DNA of 64,000 nt, taken from assembly GCA_035700865.1 (NCBI GenBank), contig DASSOH010000024.1:18201-82200 (forward strand), given 5' to 3'. Below are positions 27,089 through 36,379 of the stretch, piece after piece. Position numbers and translations under genes: made by a program. This DNA comes from Candidatus Limnocylindria bacterium. GTDB taxonomy: Bacteria > Chloroflexota > Limnocylindria > QHBO01. A model generated the notes under the pieces. That model saw only the letters and a program-made list of their open reading frames with translations. It made no database searches and was not told where the DNA came from. Every line of letters starts with the position of its first letter. The stretch's first letter is position 1.

Positions 27089-27648
27089 CCTCCTTCAACG
27101 TCGCCGGGCTGCTCCACGAGCCGCCCGGGTCGACGCGGGACATCCGCCTGCGCGACCACTACGTCACCCTGGGTCCGGACGTCGAGCTCGCCGGTCCCCT
27201 GGACGCGGACCTGCGCCTCCAGCGCACGAACCGCGGCATCTTCCTGCGCGGCGAGCTGCGAGCCCCCCTGCGACGCGTGTGCGGCCGCTGCACCGAGCCG
27301 TACGTGGACGACGTGCGGGTCCCGGTCGAGGAGGAGTTCCTGCCGACGCTGGACCCGGTGACGGGCGTGCCGGTCCGCACCGATGGCGCGGACGACGCGA
27401 CGACCCAGTGGATCGACGAGCACCACGAGATCGAGCTCGACGGCGTCTTCCACGACGAGCTGGCGCTGACCGAGCCGATGCTGCCGCTGTGCCGCCCTGA
27501 TTGCCCCGGCCTGTGCGTCGAGTGCGGCGAGCGCCTCGATCGCGGCGACCATGCTCATGGCGGACCGGAGATCGATCCCCGACTGGCCGGCCTGGCCGCG
27601 CTTCTCGACCGCGGCGATGCCGGCGAGGACGATCCCGAGCGCAACTGA
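27085..27648 (+). CDS. yceD: YceD/DUF177 family protein (23S rRNA accumulation, Cys4 motif)
   Basis: CGRCTEP...CRPDCPGLCVECGE pattern, and the conserved position immediately upstream of rpmF. Confidence 0.85.
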   Translation: MTSFNVAGLLHEPPGSTRDIRLRDHYVTLGPDVELAGPLDADLRLQRTNRGIFLRGELRAPLRRVCGRCTEPYVDDVRVPVEEEFLPTLDPVTGVPVRTDGADDATTQWIDEHHEIELDGVFHDELALTEPMLPLCRPDCPGLCVECGERLDRGDHAHGGPEIDPRLAGLAALLDRGDAGEDDPERN

Positions 27649-27670
27649 CCATCGCTCCGGGGCCGCGCAT

Positions 27671-27699
27671 TTCGCATCCGGCGTCCGGCCGGGTATACT
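27671..27699 (+). promoter_or_regulatory. candidate sigma70-type promoter of rpmF-plsX (TTCGCA-17-TATACT)
   Basis: -10 TATACT at 27694-27699 preceded by GG. 37 nt upstream of the rpmF GTG. Confidence 0.35.
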
Positions 27700-27736
27700 G
27701 CGGCGTCCCCGTCTGCATCGGTCAAGGAGATTCCGC

Positions 27737-27940
27737 GTGGGCGTTCCCAAGCGAAAGGTATCCAAGGCGCGCCAGGGTGAGCGCCGCGCGCATCTCGCCA
27801 TGAGCGCCCCGCCGCTCGTCGAATGCGAGCACTGCCATGAGCTGCATCGTGCGCACCACGTGTGCCCGACCTGCGGCTGGTACAACGGCCGCGAGGCGGT
27901 CGCCATCGAGCCGGTCACGCCGACCGAAGGTCAGCGCTAA
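27737..27940 (+). CDS. rpmF: 50S ribosomal protein L32
   Basis: GTG behind AAGGAGA. VGVPKRKVSKARQGERRAH...CEHCHE...HHVCPTCGWYNGR. Confidence 0.92.
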   Translation: MGVPKRKVSKARQGERRAHLAMSAPPLVECEHCHELHRAHHVCPTCGWYNGREAVAIEPVTPTEGQR

Positions 27941-27946
27941 CTGAGC

Positions 27947-29002
27947 ATGCGCATCGCGGTCGACGCGATGGGAGGCGACCACGCCCCTCGCGAGATCGTC
28001 CGCGGAGCCATCGACTACGCCGCCACCTCCCCCGACCAGGTGATCCTGGTCGGTGACGTGCCGCGCCTCGAGCGCGAGATCGCGGCCTACGGCAAGGGCC
28101 GGCCCGGCAACCTCGATCTGGTCGACGCCCCCGAGGTGATCGAGATGGGCGAGCACCCGGCCACGGCGCTGCGCTCCAAGCGCAAGGCCTCCATCGTCGT
28201 CGCCACCGACCTGGTGCGGGACGGCGAGGCGGATGCCGTCGTCTCCGCCGGCTCGACCGGCGCCACCATGGCCGCCGCTGTCTTCCGCCTCGGCCGGATC
28301 GACGGCATCGACCGCCCGGCGCTGCCGGCGCACATGCTGACCGCCACCGGTCCGGTGATGCTGCTCGACGTCGGCGCCAACGTGGACTCCGACCCGGAGA
28401 ACCTGGTCCAGTTCGCCGCGATGGGCGCGATCTTCGCCGAGCACGTCCTCCACGTCGGCAACCCGCGCATCGGGCTGCTCAACATCGGCGAGGAGCCCGA
28501 GAAGGGTGACGAGCTCGCGCGCCAGGCGCACGAGAAGCTGAGCAGCCTCGACCTGCACTTCGTCGGCAACGTGGAGGCGCACGACATGATCGCCCACCGC
28601 GCGGACGTGGTGGTCTGCGACGGGTTCGTGGGCAACGTGGTCATCAAGTTCTTCGAGGGCATCACCAGCTTCATCTTCCGGGCGCTGCGCGAGGACCTCC
28701 AGCAGGGGCCGATCGCGCCGCTGGCGCTGCTGGCGCTGAAGCCGGGATTCGACAAGATGAAGGCGCGTTTCGACTACGAGCGCTATGGCGGTGCGCCGCT
28801 GCTCGGGGTGAAGGGCGTGAGCATCGTCACCCACGGGCGCGCGAAGGCTCGCATGATCGAGAACGCCATCCGGGTCGGGTCGGAGGCCGCGCACGCGCGG
28901 ATCCCCTCGCTCATCGAGCAGTGGACCCGCGAGCACCCGGCGCTGGCGCACCGCGGGGTCCGTTCGCGCCTCGCCGCGCGGCTCCACCGGGAACGCGCGT
29001 GA
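27947..29002 (+). CDS. plsX: phosphate acyltransferase PlsX
   Basis: [14 protein letters not shown]..., [13 protein letters not shown]. Follows rpmF as in Firmicutes/Actinobacteria. Confidence 0.92.
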   Translation: MRIAVDAMGGDHAPREIVRGAIDYAATSPDQVILVGDVPRLEREIAAYGKGRPGNLDLVDAPEVIEMGEHPATALRSKRKASIVVATDLVRDGEADAVVSAGSTGATMAAAVFRLGRIDGIDRPALPAHMLTATGPVMLLDVGANVDSDPENLVQFAAMGAIFAEHVLHVGNPRIGLLNIGEEPEKGDELARQAHEKLSSLDLHFVGNVEAHDMIAHRADVVVCDGFVGNVVIKFFEGITSFIFRALREDLQQGPIAPLALLALKPGFDKMKARFDYERYGGAPLLGVKGVSIVTHGRAKARMIENAIRVGSEAAHARIPSLIEQWTREHPALAHRGVRSRLAARLHRERA

Positions 29003-29448
29003 GTCCCGCGACCGCGCCCTCGCGCGCGCAGCACCGTGGCGGCCCCGGCCTGGTGGCCCGCCGGTTGGCCCTGCTGGCCCTGTTCGAGGACGAGTTCCGC
29101 CCCGGGCGGGCCGGGGAGGCCCTGGATCGGCTCGCGTCGGAGCGCGACGTATCCAAGGAGGTGCGGGCACACGCTCGATCCATCGTGGAGGGCGTGGCCG
29201 CGCACCGCCCGGAGCTGGACGCCCGAATCGCGGTGGAAGCCCCGCTCATCCCCGTCCCGGAGCTCGGTCGCGTGGAACGAACCATCCTCCGGAGCGCGCT
29301 GTACGAGGTGCTATACTCCGCCGCGACCCCGAGCGGGGAGCCGATGCACGACGCGGTGACCCTCGCCCGGATCTACGCCGGCGATGCCGCACGACGGCTC
29401 GTCAACGGCGTGCTAGGGAGCGTTTCCAGATCGGGTGGAGGAGCCTGA
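28999..29448 (+). CDS. nusB: NusB-family antitermination-like protein (paralog in unusual context)
   Basis: GTG overlaps the plsX stop. [50 protein letters not shown] match NusB blocks. 149 aa. Confidence 0.65.
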   Translation: MSPATAPSRAQHRGGPGLVARRLALLALFEDEFRPGRAGEALDRLASERDVSKEVRAHARSIVEGVAAHRPELDARIAVEAPLIPVPELGRVERTILRSALYEVLYSAATPSGEPMHDAVTLARIYAGDAARRLVNGVLGSVSRSGGGA

Positions 29449-29453
29449 AATTC

Positions 29454-29696
29454 GTGACTGACGGGACCACGTACGAACGACTCAAGAAGATCATCGTCGA
29501 GCAGCTCGGCGTCGACGAGGAAGAGGTCACGCCTGAGGCCTCGTTCGTCGAGGACCTGAACGCCGACTCGCTGGACCTGGTCGAGCTCATCATGAGCCTC
29601 GAAGAGGAGTTCGGGATGGAGATCTCGGACGAGGACGCCGAGAAGATCCAGAAGGTCTCCGACGCGGTCGAGTACATCGAGGAGCACCAGCAGTAG
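29454..29696 (+). CDS. acpP: acyl carrier protein
   Basis: GTG behind [47 protein letters not shown] with phosphopantetheine Ser in DSLD. Confidence 0.92.
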   Translation: MTDGTTYERLKKIIVEQLGVDEEEVTPEASFVEDLNADSLDLVELIMSLEEEFGMEISDEDAEKIQKVSDAVEYIEEHQQ

Positions 29697-29709
29697 CGCG
29701 GGTGCCTTG

Positions 29710-30456
29710 ATGGAGGCTCCCTCACTGGCGGACCTGGGCACGCGTCTCGGCATCGACCTGAGTGATCCGGACCAGGTACGCCAGGCATTCGTCCACAGCT
29801 CGTACCACAACGAGAACCCCGACCTCGCCCCCGGGCACAACGAGCGGCTCGAGTTCTATGGCGACGCCGTCATCGGCCTGGTCGTCAGCCGGCTCCTGTA
29901 CGAGCGCCATCCCGACGAGGACGAGGGGTTCCTGACGGCCCGTCGCGCCGCCCTGGTCAACCGCGAGGCGCTGGCCGGCATGGCGCTCGAGCTCGGACTC
30001 GACCGCCTGCTGCTGCTCGGACGCGGTGAGGCCGAGGGCGGTGGCGCGACGCGACCCTCCGTCCTGGCCGCGTGCTTCGAAGCGCTGGCCGGCGCCCTCT
30101 CCCTCAGCGAGGGGCCGGATCGAACCACCGAGGTGCTGCGCCGGCTCTTCGTCCCGCGCCTCGAGGCCCTCTCGGTCGACACGGCGCCGAAGTCGGCCAA
30201 GTCGCGCTTCCAGGAGCTCACCCAGCGCGTGCACGGGCTGAAGCCGGTGTACCAGCTGCGGAGCAGCAGCGGTCCGCCGCACCTCCAGGAGTTCGTGGTC
30301 GCCGCCATGCTGGACGGGCGGGAGCTGGGGATCGGGACCGGCTCCAGCCGCCAGCGGGCGGAGGAGCAGGCCGCCGCCGCCGCCCTCGAGGCCCTCGAGG
30401 CGGAGAGCGAGGCCGTGGCGGGCGCGCGACCGCGGAGAGCGGCGAAGGCTCCGTGA
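29710..30456 (+). CDS. rnc: ribonuclease III
   Basis: ERLEFYGDAV (RNase III signature), C-terminal dsRBD. ATG at 29710, TTG at 29707 is the alternative start. Confidence 0.9.
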   Translation: MEAPSLADLGTRLGIDLSDPDQVRQAFVHSSYHNENPDLAPGHNERLEFYGDAVIGLVVSRLLYERHPDEDEGFLTARRAALVNREALAGMALELGLDRLLLLGRGEAEGGGATRPSVLAACFEALAGALSLSEGPDRTTEVLRRLFVPRLEALSVDTAPKSAKSRFQELTQRVHGLKPVYQLRSSSGPPHLQEFVVAAMLDGRELGIGTGSSRQRAEEQAAAAALEALEAESEAVAGARPRRAAKAP

Positions 30457-33400
30457 GCCGCCTGCGCGAGCTTCGGCTCCACGGCTTCAAGTCCTTCGCC
30501 GACCAGACCCGCTTCGTCTTCGAGCCCGGCGTCAACGCCGTCATCGGGCCGAACGGCTCCGGCAAGAGCAACATGGCCGATGCCGTGCGATGGGTGCTCG
30601 GCGAGCAGTCCAACCGATCCCTGCGCACGCGGCGCGCCGACGACGTCATCTTCGCCGGCTCCGAGTCGCGCAAGCCGCAGGGCATGGCCGAGGCCGTCCT
30701 CACCCTGGACAACGAGGATGGATGGCTGCCGATCGACTTCGCCGAGGTCAGCATCGGACGGCGGGCATATCGGTCCGGCGACAGCGAGTACCTGATCAAC
30801 GGGGCGCGCGCCCGCCTGCGCGACGTGGTCGAGCTCCTGGGCGAGGGCCGGCTGGGCGCGAACGAGCTCGTGGTCGTGGGGCAGGGGACGGTCGACGCGG
30901 CCCTCTCGCTCCGGCCCGAGGAGCGCCGGCAGCTGTTCGAGGAGGCGGCCGGCGTCAAGGGCCTGCAGGTCAAGCGCAACGAGGCGTCGGGCCGGCTGAC
31001 GAAGTCCCTGGACAACCTGGCGCGGGTCAGTGACATCATCGGCGAGCTCAAGCCGCAGGTCCGCCGCCTGGCCCTCCAGGCCGAGCACCAGCAGCAGCAC
31101 GATGCCCTGGGCGCGCGTGCACGGGCGCTGGTAGGGGCGTCCCATCGGCGCCGTGAGCAGCAGGCGCGCGCGCGCCTTGGCGACGCCCGGCGTGCCGCCG
31201 CGGCGGCCGAGGCGGCCCTCGCCGCCTTCCGCGAGTCGCAGGAGGCCACGCGCAGCGCGGTGCAGGCGGCGGAGGCCCGCTACTGGGAGGCCGAGGAGGC
31301 GGCGCGGGTGGCGGCCCAGGAGCGCGAGGCGACGCGCGAGGCGCTGATCCGGGCCGAGAGCCGGCTCGAGAACCTCGACGCCAGGCTGCGCGAGCTCGGT
31401 GCGAGCCTGGCCCGCGAGGAGCGGGAGCTGGCCGACGCGGAGCAGTCGGCGGCGGCACCGGCGACCACGACGCAGGAAGAGATCGCCCCGGCCCTGGCCG
31501 AGGCCCAGGCCGCGGAGGAGGGCTGGCGGCTGACCGTCACCCGCCTGGCCGAGGCCGACGAGGCACTGCTCGCCGCCGAGGAGGCGGTGGCCGCCGTCCG
31601 GGCGCGCGAGAGCGACCGGATCGCGACCGCCGCGCGGGCGTCCGAGGAGGCCGCGCGGCACGTTGCCCGCCTCGAGCAGCTCGAGCGCGAGACTCGAGAC
31701 CTCCGCGCCCGCGTCTCGGAAGCCAGCGACGCGAGTGGGCGTGCCGCGGCCGCGGTGGCGGAGGCGTCACGACGGGTCGAGGACGCGCGGGTGGCACTCG
31801 ACAACGCCGCCGCGCAACGCGACGAGGAACAGGCCGCGGCGGACGCCGCGCGGCAGCGCGCCGTCGAGCTCGACGAGCGGCGGCGGGCGCTCCGCGCCGA
31901 GCTCGACGCGATCGCCGAGCCGCACGATGCCGCCTCCCGACTGGGGCGCCGGCTGCGCGCCGCCGGGTGGCCGTCGCTGCTCGACGCCATCGACGCGCCG
32001 GAGGCGTCGTGGCCGGCCATCGAGGCCGTCGTCGGCGGGGAGCTGGAGGGCGCGCTGCTCTGGAAGGACGCCGATCCGTCCGAGGCGCTCGACGCCGCGC
32101 GCGGGGCGGCCCGACTGCTGGCGCCCGGCGAGGCGAAGGTGGCTGAGCGGGAGGCCGCCTGCGCGGCTGTGGACGGCTCGATGACGCTCGCCGAATGGGT
32201 CGGGGGAGCGGGTGCGCCGGAGGCGTTCCATCGCACCGTCGTGGCGCGCGACCTCGGCGCCCTGCTCGCGGGCTGGCGGCGGCTCCCGGCGGGGTGGAGC
32301 GCGGTCACCGACGCGGGCGACCTGGCGGACGCCCGTGGCATCGTCGTGCTGCGTGGGCGAGCGGATCCACCGGGCGGCGCGGCCGCGCGCGTCCACGCCC
32401 GGCGACGAGAGCTGACTGACGCCGTCACGCGGCTCGAGGAGGAGACGGCCAGCGCGCAGCGCGCAGCCCACGACGCCACGGAGCGGCTGCGCGCCGCACG
32501 GGACGCCCACCTGGCCGCGAGCGAGCGCCACGACGACGCGGAGCGTCGCCTGCGTCAGGCCCGGGGCGAGGAGGAGGCGGCGGCCGCCCAGGCCGAGCGC
32601 CTGGAGGCGAGGCTCCTGCGCCTGGACGAGGAGCGGGCCGCCCTGGGGCCGATGCCGGCCGCGAGCGCCACGTCGGCCGGCGACGGCACGACCTCGGAGC
32701 TTCCGCAGCTCGAGGCCGCCGCGCTCGGCGCGCGTGCCGAGCGGGACCGTTTGGCGGCGGAGCGGGACACGGCGCGCGAACGCTGGACGGCGAGCCGACA
32801 GGCGGCGGAGGAGATCGAGACCAGGACCGCGGGGCAGCGCCAGGAGCGCGCCGTCCGCGAGGCACGGATCGCCCAGCTCCGGGCCGCGCTGCCCGAGCGC
32901 CGATCGCAGATCGAGGTCGCGACGGCCGAGCGCGACGAGGTCGCCACGGCGGCGGCCGCAACGAGGGAGGCCGATGAGGCAGCGCGCGCGCGCCACCAGG
33001 CGGCCGAGGCGTCGCGGGCGGAGCGACGCCGCGAGCTGCTCGAGCTGGAGCGCGGCGCCGGGAGCGCCGGCACCCGGTTGGCCGAGCTGGAACGGCAGGC
33101 CCAGGCCACGGCGATCGAGGCGTCGCGTCGCGACGAGGCGCTCGGGGCGCTGGCGCGCGAACGGGAGCTCGCCATGGAGGGCCTGCCGGAGACGGATGCC
33201 GCGCCGCCGACCGACGAGGTGGAGGCACTGGACGACGAGGCGCTCGAGGTCGAGCTGCGGAGGGTTCGCCGCACGCTGGCGCAGATCGGATCGGTCAACC
33301 CGTTCGCCGTCGAGGAGCACCGCGAGCTGGCGACCCGGCTGGACGAGATGAGCGGACAGGACGCCGACCTGCGAGCGGCCATCACCTCGACCGAGGAGCT

Positions 33401-33905
33401 CATCGCCCGGCTGGACGGGGAGATCACCCAGCAGTTCGACACCGCCTTCCGCGCCATCGCGGAGCACTTCGACGCGTACTGCCGGCTCCTCTTCGCCGGC
33501 GGCTCCGGTTCGCTGCAGATGGCCGACGAGGCCGATGGCGACGCGCCCGGCGGCATCGAGATCGTGGTGCGGCCGCCCGGCAAGCGGCTGCAGCGCCTGG
33601 CCATGCTGTCGGGCGGCGAGCGGGCGCTGACCGGTGTCGCCCTGCTGTTCGCCATGCTGACGGTGAACCCGGTACCCTTCTGCATCCTGGACGAGGTCGA
33701 CGCCGCGCTGGACGAGGCCAACATCGGCCGCTTCGCGCAGGCGCTCCGGCGCCTCTCGGAGTCGATCGACTTCGTCGTCATCACGCACAACCGCGCCACC
33801 ATCGAGGTGGCCGACACGATCTACGGAGTCACCATGACCGATGCCGCGGTCAGCCGCGTCCTCTCGCTCCGCCTCGCCGACCTGCCGGCCGAGGTGACCG
33901 CCTAG
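30453..33905 (+). CDS. smc: chromosome segregation protein SMC
   Basis: GTG overlaps the rnc stop. Walker A GPNGSGKSN, long coiled coils, hinge, C-terminal LSGGERALTGVALLFAM...DEVDAALD signature. About 1150 aa. Confidence 0.92.
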   Translation: MSRLRELRLHGFKSFADQTRFVFEPGVNAVIGPNGSGKSNMADAVRWVLGEQSNRSLRTRRADDVIFAGSESRKPQGMAEAVLTLDNEDGWLPIDFAEVSIGRRAYRSGDSEYLINGARARLRDVVELLGEGRLGANELVVVGQGTVDAALSLRPEERRQLFEEAAGVKGLQVKRNEASGRLTKSLDNLARVSDIIGELKPQVRRLALQAEHQQQHDALGARARALVGASHRRREQQARARLGDARRAAAAAEAALAAFRESQEATRSAVQAAEARYWEAEEAARVAAQEREATREALIRAESRLENLDARLRELGASLAREERELADAEQSAAAPATTTQEEIAPALAEAQAAEEGWRLTVTRLAEADEALLAAEEAVAAVRARESDRIATAARASEEAARHVARLEQLERETRDLRARVSEASDASGRAAAAVAEASRRVEDARVALDNAAAQRDEEQAAADAARQRAVELDERRRALRAELDAIAEPHDAASRLGRRLRAAGWPSLLDAIDAPEASWPAIEAVVGGELEGALLWKDADPSEALDAARGAARLLAPGEAKVAEREAACAAVDGSMTLAEWVGGAGAPEAFHRTVVARDLGALLAGWRRLPAGWSAVTDAGDLADARGIVVLRGRADPPGGAAARVHARRRELTDAVTRLEEETASAQRAAHDATERLRAARDAHLAASERHDDAERRLRQARGEEEAAAAQAERLEARLLRLDEERAALGPMPAASATSAGDGTTSELPQLEAAALGARAERDRLAAERDTARERWTASRQAAEEIETRTAGQRQERAVREARIAQLRAALPERRSQIEVATAERDEVATAAAATREADEAARARHQAAEASRAERRRELLELERGAGSAGTRLAELERQAQATAIEASRRDEALGALARERELAMEGLPETDAAPPTDEVEALDDEALEVELRRVRRTLAQIGSVNPFAVEEHRELATRLDEMSGQDADLRAAITSTEELIARLDGEITQQFDTAFRAIAEHFDAYCRLLFAGGSGSLQMADEADGDAPGGIEIVVRPPGKRLQRLAMLSGGERALTGVALLFAMLTVNPVPFCILDEVDAALDEANIGRFAQALRRLSESIDFVVITHNRATIEVADTIYGVTMTDAAVSRVLSLRLADLPAEVTA

Positions 33906-34942
33906 TGTTCTGGCGCCGCCGCGAGCGCCCGGCCGAACCCCAGGTCCCCGCCGAACCGGACGTCGCCCCCGTGGCGCCGACCGCCCCGGAACCCGAGCCG
34001 GTGGCCGCGCCACCGATGACCGTGGCGCGTCCGCGCCGCGAGGCCGGCGGCATGGGGCTGCGCGGGCGTCCCTCGGGCCTCGGCGCCCGGCTGCGCTCGG
34101 TGTTCGGGGCGGGCACCACCGCGACCGACGAGACGTGGGACGAGGTCGAGGAGGCGCTGATCGCCGCCGACGTGGGTGGTCCGGCCACGCTCGAGCTGGT
34201 GGACGCGGCCCGTGAGCGATTCCGCGCCGCCGGTGGCCGCAGCGGCGAAGACGCGCGGCGCGCGCTGGCCACCGAGATCCGCGATCGGCTCGCCCGGGTC
34301 GGGTCGGGCCGATTCGAGCTCGGGCCGGCGCCGTCGGTGATCCTCTTCGTCGGCGTCAACGGGACCGGCAAGACGACGACCATCGCCAAGCTGGCGCACC
34401 GGCTCCTGGCCGAGGGGCACAGCGTCGCGCTCGCGGCCGCGGACACGTTCCGCGCGGCGGCGGTCGAGCAGTTGCGCATCTGGGGCGAGCAGCTCGGCGT
34501 ATCGGTCATCGCCCAGCGGGCGGGCGCCGATCCGGGCGCCGTGGCGTTCGACGCGGTCGCGGCCGCCGAGTCGCGCAACCTCGACGCGATGCTGGTCGAC
34601 ACGGCCGGCCGGCTCCAGAACAAGCAGCAGCTGATGGACGAGCTGTCGAAGATCCGGCGGGTCATCCAGCGGCGGCTGCCGGACCAGCCGCGACACGTGC
34701 TGCTCGTCCTGGATGCCACGACGGGTCAGAACGGGCTGTTGCAGGCCGAGGCGTTCAGCCGCGAGGCAGGGGTCACGGGCATCGTGCTGACCAAGCTCGA
34801 CGGCACCGCCAAGGGCGGCGTCGCGCTGGCCGCGGCGGATCGATTGGGGGTGCCGATCGTCTTCGCCGGCGTCGGCGAGGAGGTCGACGCGCTGGCGCCG
34901 TTCGACCCCGAAGCCTTCGTCGAGTGGCTGTTCGCCGAGTAG
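33905..34942 (+). CDS. ftsY: signal recognition particle receptor FtsY
   Basis: GTG overlaps the smc stop. NG domain GVNGTGKTTTIAKLA, DTAGR, TKLDGTAKGG. Confidence 0.9.
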   Translation: MFWRRRERPAEPQVPAEPDVAPVAPTAPEPEPVAAPPMTVARPRREAGGMGLRGRPSGLGARLRSVFGAGTTATDETWDEVEEALIAADVGGPATLELVDAARERFRAAGGRSGEDARRALATEIRDRLARVGSGRFELGPAPSVILFVGVNGTGKTTTIAKLAHRLLAEGHSVALAAADTFRAAAVEQLRIWGEQLGVSVIAQRAGADPGAVAFDAVAAAESRNLDAMLVDTAGRLQNKQQLMDELSKIRRVIQRRLPDQPRHVLLVLDATTGQNGLLQAEAFSREAGVTGIVLTKLDGTAKGGVALAAADRLGVPIVFAGVGEEVDALAPFDPEAFVEWLFAE

Positions 34943-34948
34943 GCTTCG

Positions 34949-34977
34949 TTGCCGGTCGGCCGGCCGACGCCTAGAAT
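34949..34977 (+). promoter_or_regulatory. candidate sigma70 promoter of ffh (TTGCCG-17-TAGAAT)
   Basis: Near-consensus -35/-10 with 17-nt spacer. 58 nt upstream of the ffh ATG. Confidence 0.45.
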
Positions 34978-35034
34978 GGGCAGCCGTTTGCCGGTCATCC
35001 CAGGCCGGCCCCGCCATCCCCGTACCGGTTGAGC

Positions 35035-36372
35035 ATGTTCGAGTCCCTCTCGTCGCGCCTGCAGGGCATCACCCAGCGCCTGCGCGGCAAGGCCCGCATC
35101 ACCGAAGCCGATCTCGACGCCGCGCTGCGCGAGATCCGCCTCGCGCTGCTCGAGGCGGACGTCAACTTCAAGGTCGTCAAGGAGTTCGTCGGTCGCATCC
35201 GCGAGCAGGCGGTCGGGACCGATCTCCTCACCGGCCTCAATCCGGGGCAGCAGATCGTCAAGATCGTCCACGACGAGCTCGTCGCGACGCTGGGGGGCGA
35301 GCGCCACCACCTGGGACTCGACGGCCGTCCCGCGGTGATCATGATGGTCGGCCTGCAGGGCTCCGGGAAGACGACCACGGCGGCGAAGCTGGCGGTTCGG
35401 CTGCGCCGCGAGGGCAAGCGACCGCTGCTCGTGGCGGCCGACGTCTACCGGCCCGCCGCGGTCGACCAGCTCGTGCAGCTCGGGGATCAGATCGGCGCGG
35501 AGGTCCACACCCGCCCGGTCGGCACGCCGGCCCTCGAGGTGGCCCGCTCCGGGCTGGAGGCCGCGCGGCAGCGCAACCACGACGTGATGATCCTCGACAC
35601 CGCCGGCCGGCTCCACGTCGACGAGGCCATGATGGACGAGCTGGTGCGCATCTCCGGGACGGTGACGCCGTCCGAGACGCTCCTGGTCGTCGACGCCATG
35701 ACCGGCCAGGAGTCGGTGCGCGTGGCGGAGGCGTTCCACGCCCGCCTGCCGGTCACCGGCCTGGTTCTGACCAAGATGGACGGCGATGCGCGAGGCGGCG
35801 CGGCGCTCAGCATCCGCGCCGCGACCGGGCTGCCCGTGGCCTTCCTCGGCACCGGGGAGCGCACCGACGGGCTGGAGCCCTTCCATCCCGACCGCCTGGC
35901 GCAGCGCATCCTGGGCATGGGCGACATCCTGAGCTTCGTCGAGCGCGTCCAGGAGAACGTCGACCGCGAGGAGGCCGAGCGCGCGGCCCAGCGCATGATG
36001 GAGAACCGGTTCACGCTGGAGGACTTCCGCAGCCAGCTGAACCAGATCAAGAAGATGGGGCCGATCGGCCAGCTGGTCGGCATGATCCCCGGCGCCGGCG
36101 CCATGGCGGGCGCCGCTCAGGAAGCGGTCGACTCGGGCCAGATGACGCGCATCGAGGCGATCATCGACTCGATGACCCCCGAGGAGCGGCGACGACCGGA
36201 GATCATCAAGGCCTCGCGGCGTCGGCGCATCGCCCTGGGGAGCGGGACGTCGACGGCCGAGGTCAATCGGCTGCTGAAGCAGTTCGTCGAGATGCAGAAG
36301 ATGATGAAGATGCTCTCCGGCGGCAAGCTGCCACGCATGGGCGGCGGCCTCGGCGCGCTGCTGGGGCGCTGA
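35035..36372 (+). CDS. ffh: signal recognition particle protein Ffh
   Basis: MFESLSSRLQG..., GLQGSGKTTTAAKLA, DTAGR, TKMDGDARGG, Met-rich M domain. Confidence 0.92.
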   Translation: MFESLSSRLQGITQRLRGKARITEADLDAALREIRLALLEADVNFKVVKEFVGRIREQAVGTDLLTGLNPGQQIVKIVHDELVATLGGERHHLGLDGRPAVIMMVGLQGSGKTTTAAKLAVRLRREGKRPLLVAADVYRPAAVDQLVQLGDQIGAEVHTRPVGTPALEVARSGLEAARQRNHDVMILDTAGRLHVDEAMMDELVRISGTVTPSETLLVVDAMTGQESVRVAEAFHARLPVTGLVLTKMDGDARGGAALSIRAATGLPVAFLGTGERTDGLEPFHPDRLAQRILGMGDILSFVERVQENVDREEAERAAQRMMENRFTLEDFRSQLNQIKKMGPIGQLVGMIPGAGAMAGAAQEAVDSGQMTRIEAIIDSMTPEERRRPEIIKASRRRRIALGSGTSTAEVNRLLKQFVEMQKMMKMLSGGKLPRMGGGLGALLGR

Positions 36373-36379
36373 ACCACCG

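Noticed and set aside
26392-27918. 508-aa minus-strand ORF opposite the X/yceD/rpmF region
   Set aside because: It is antisense to three well-supported plus-strand genes including rpmF, and its composition is low-complexity.
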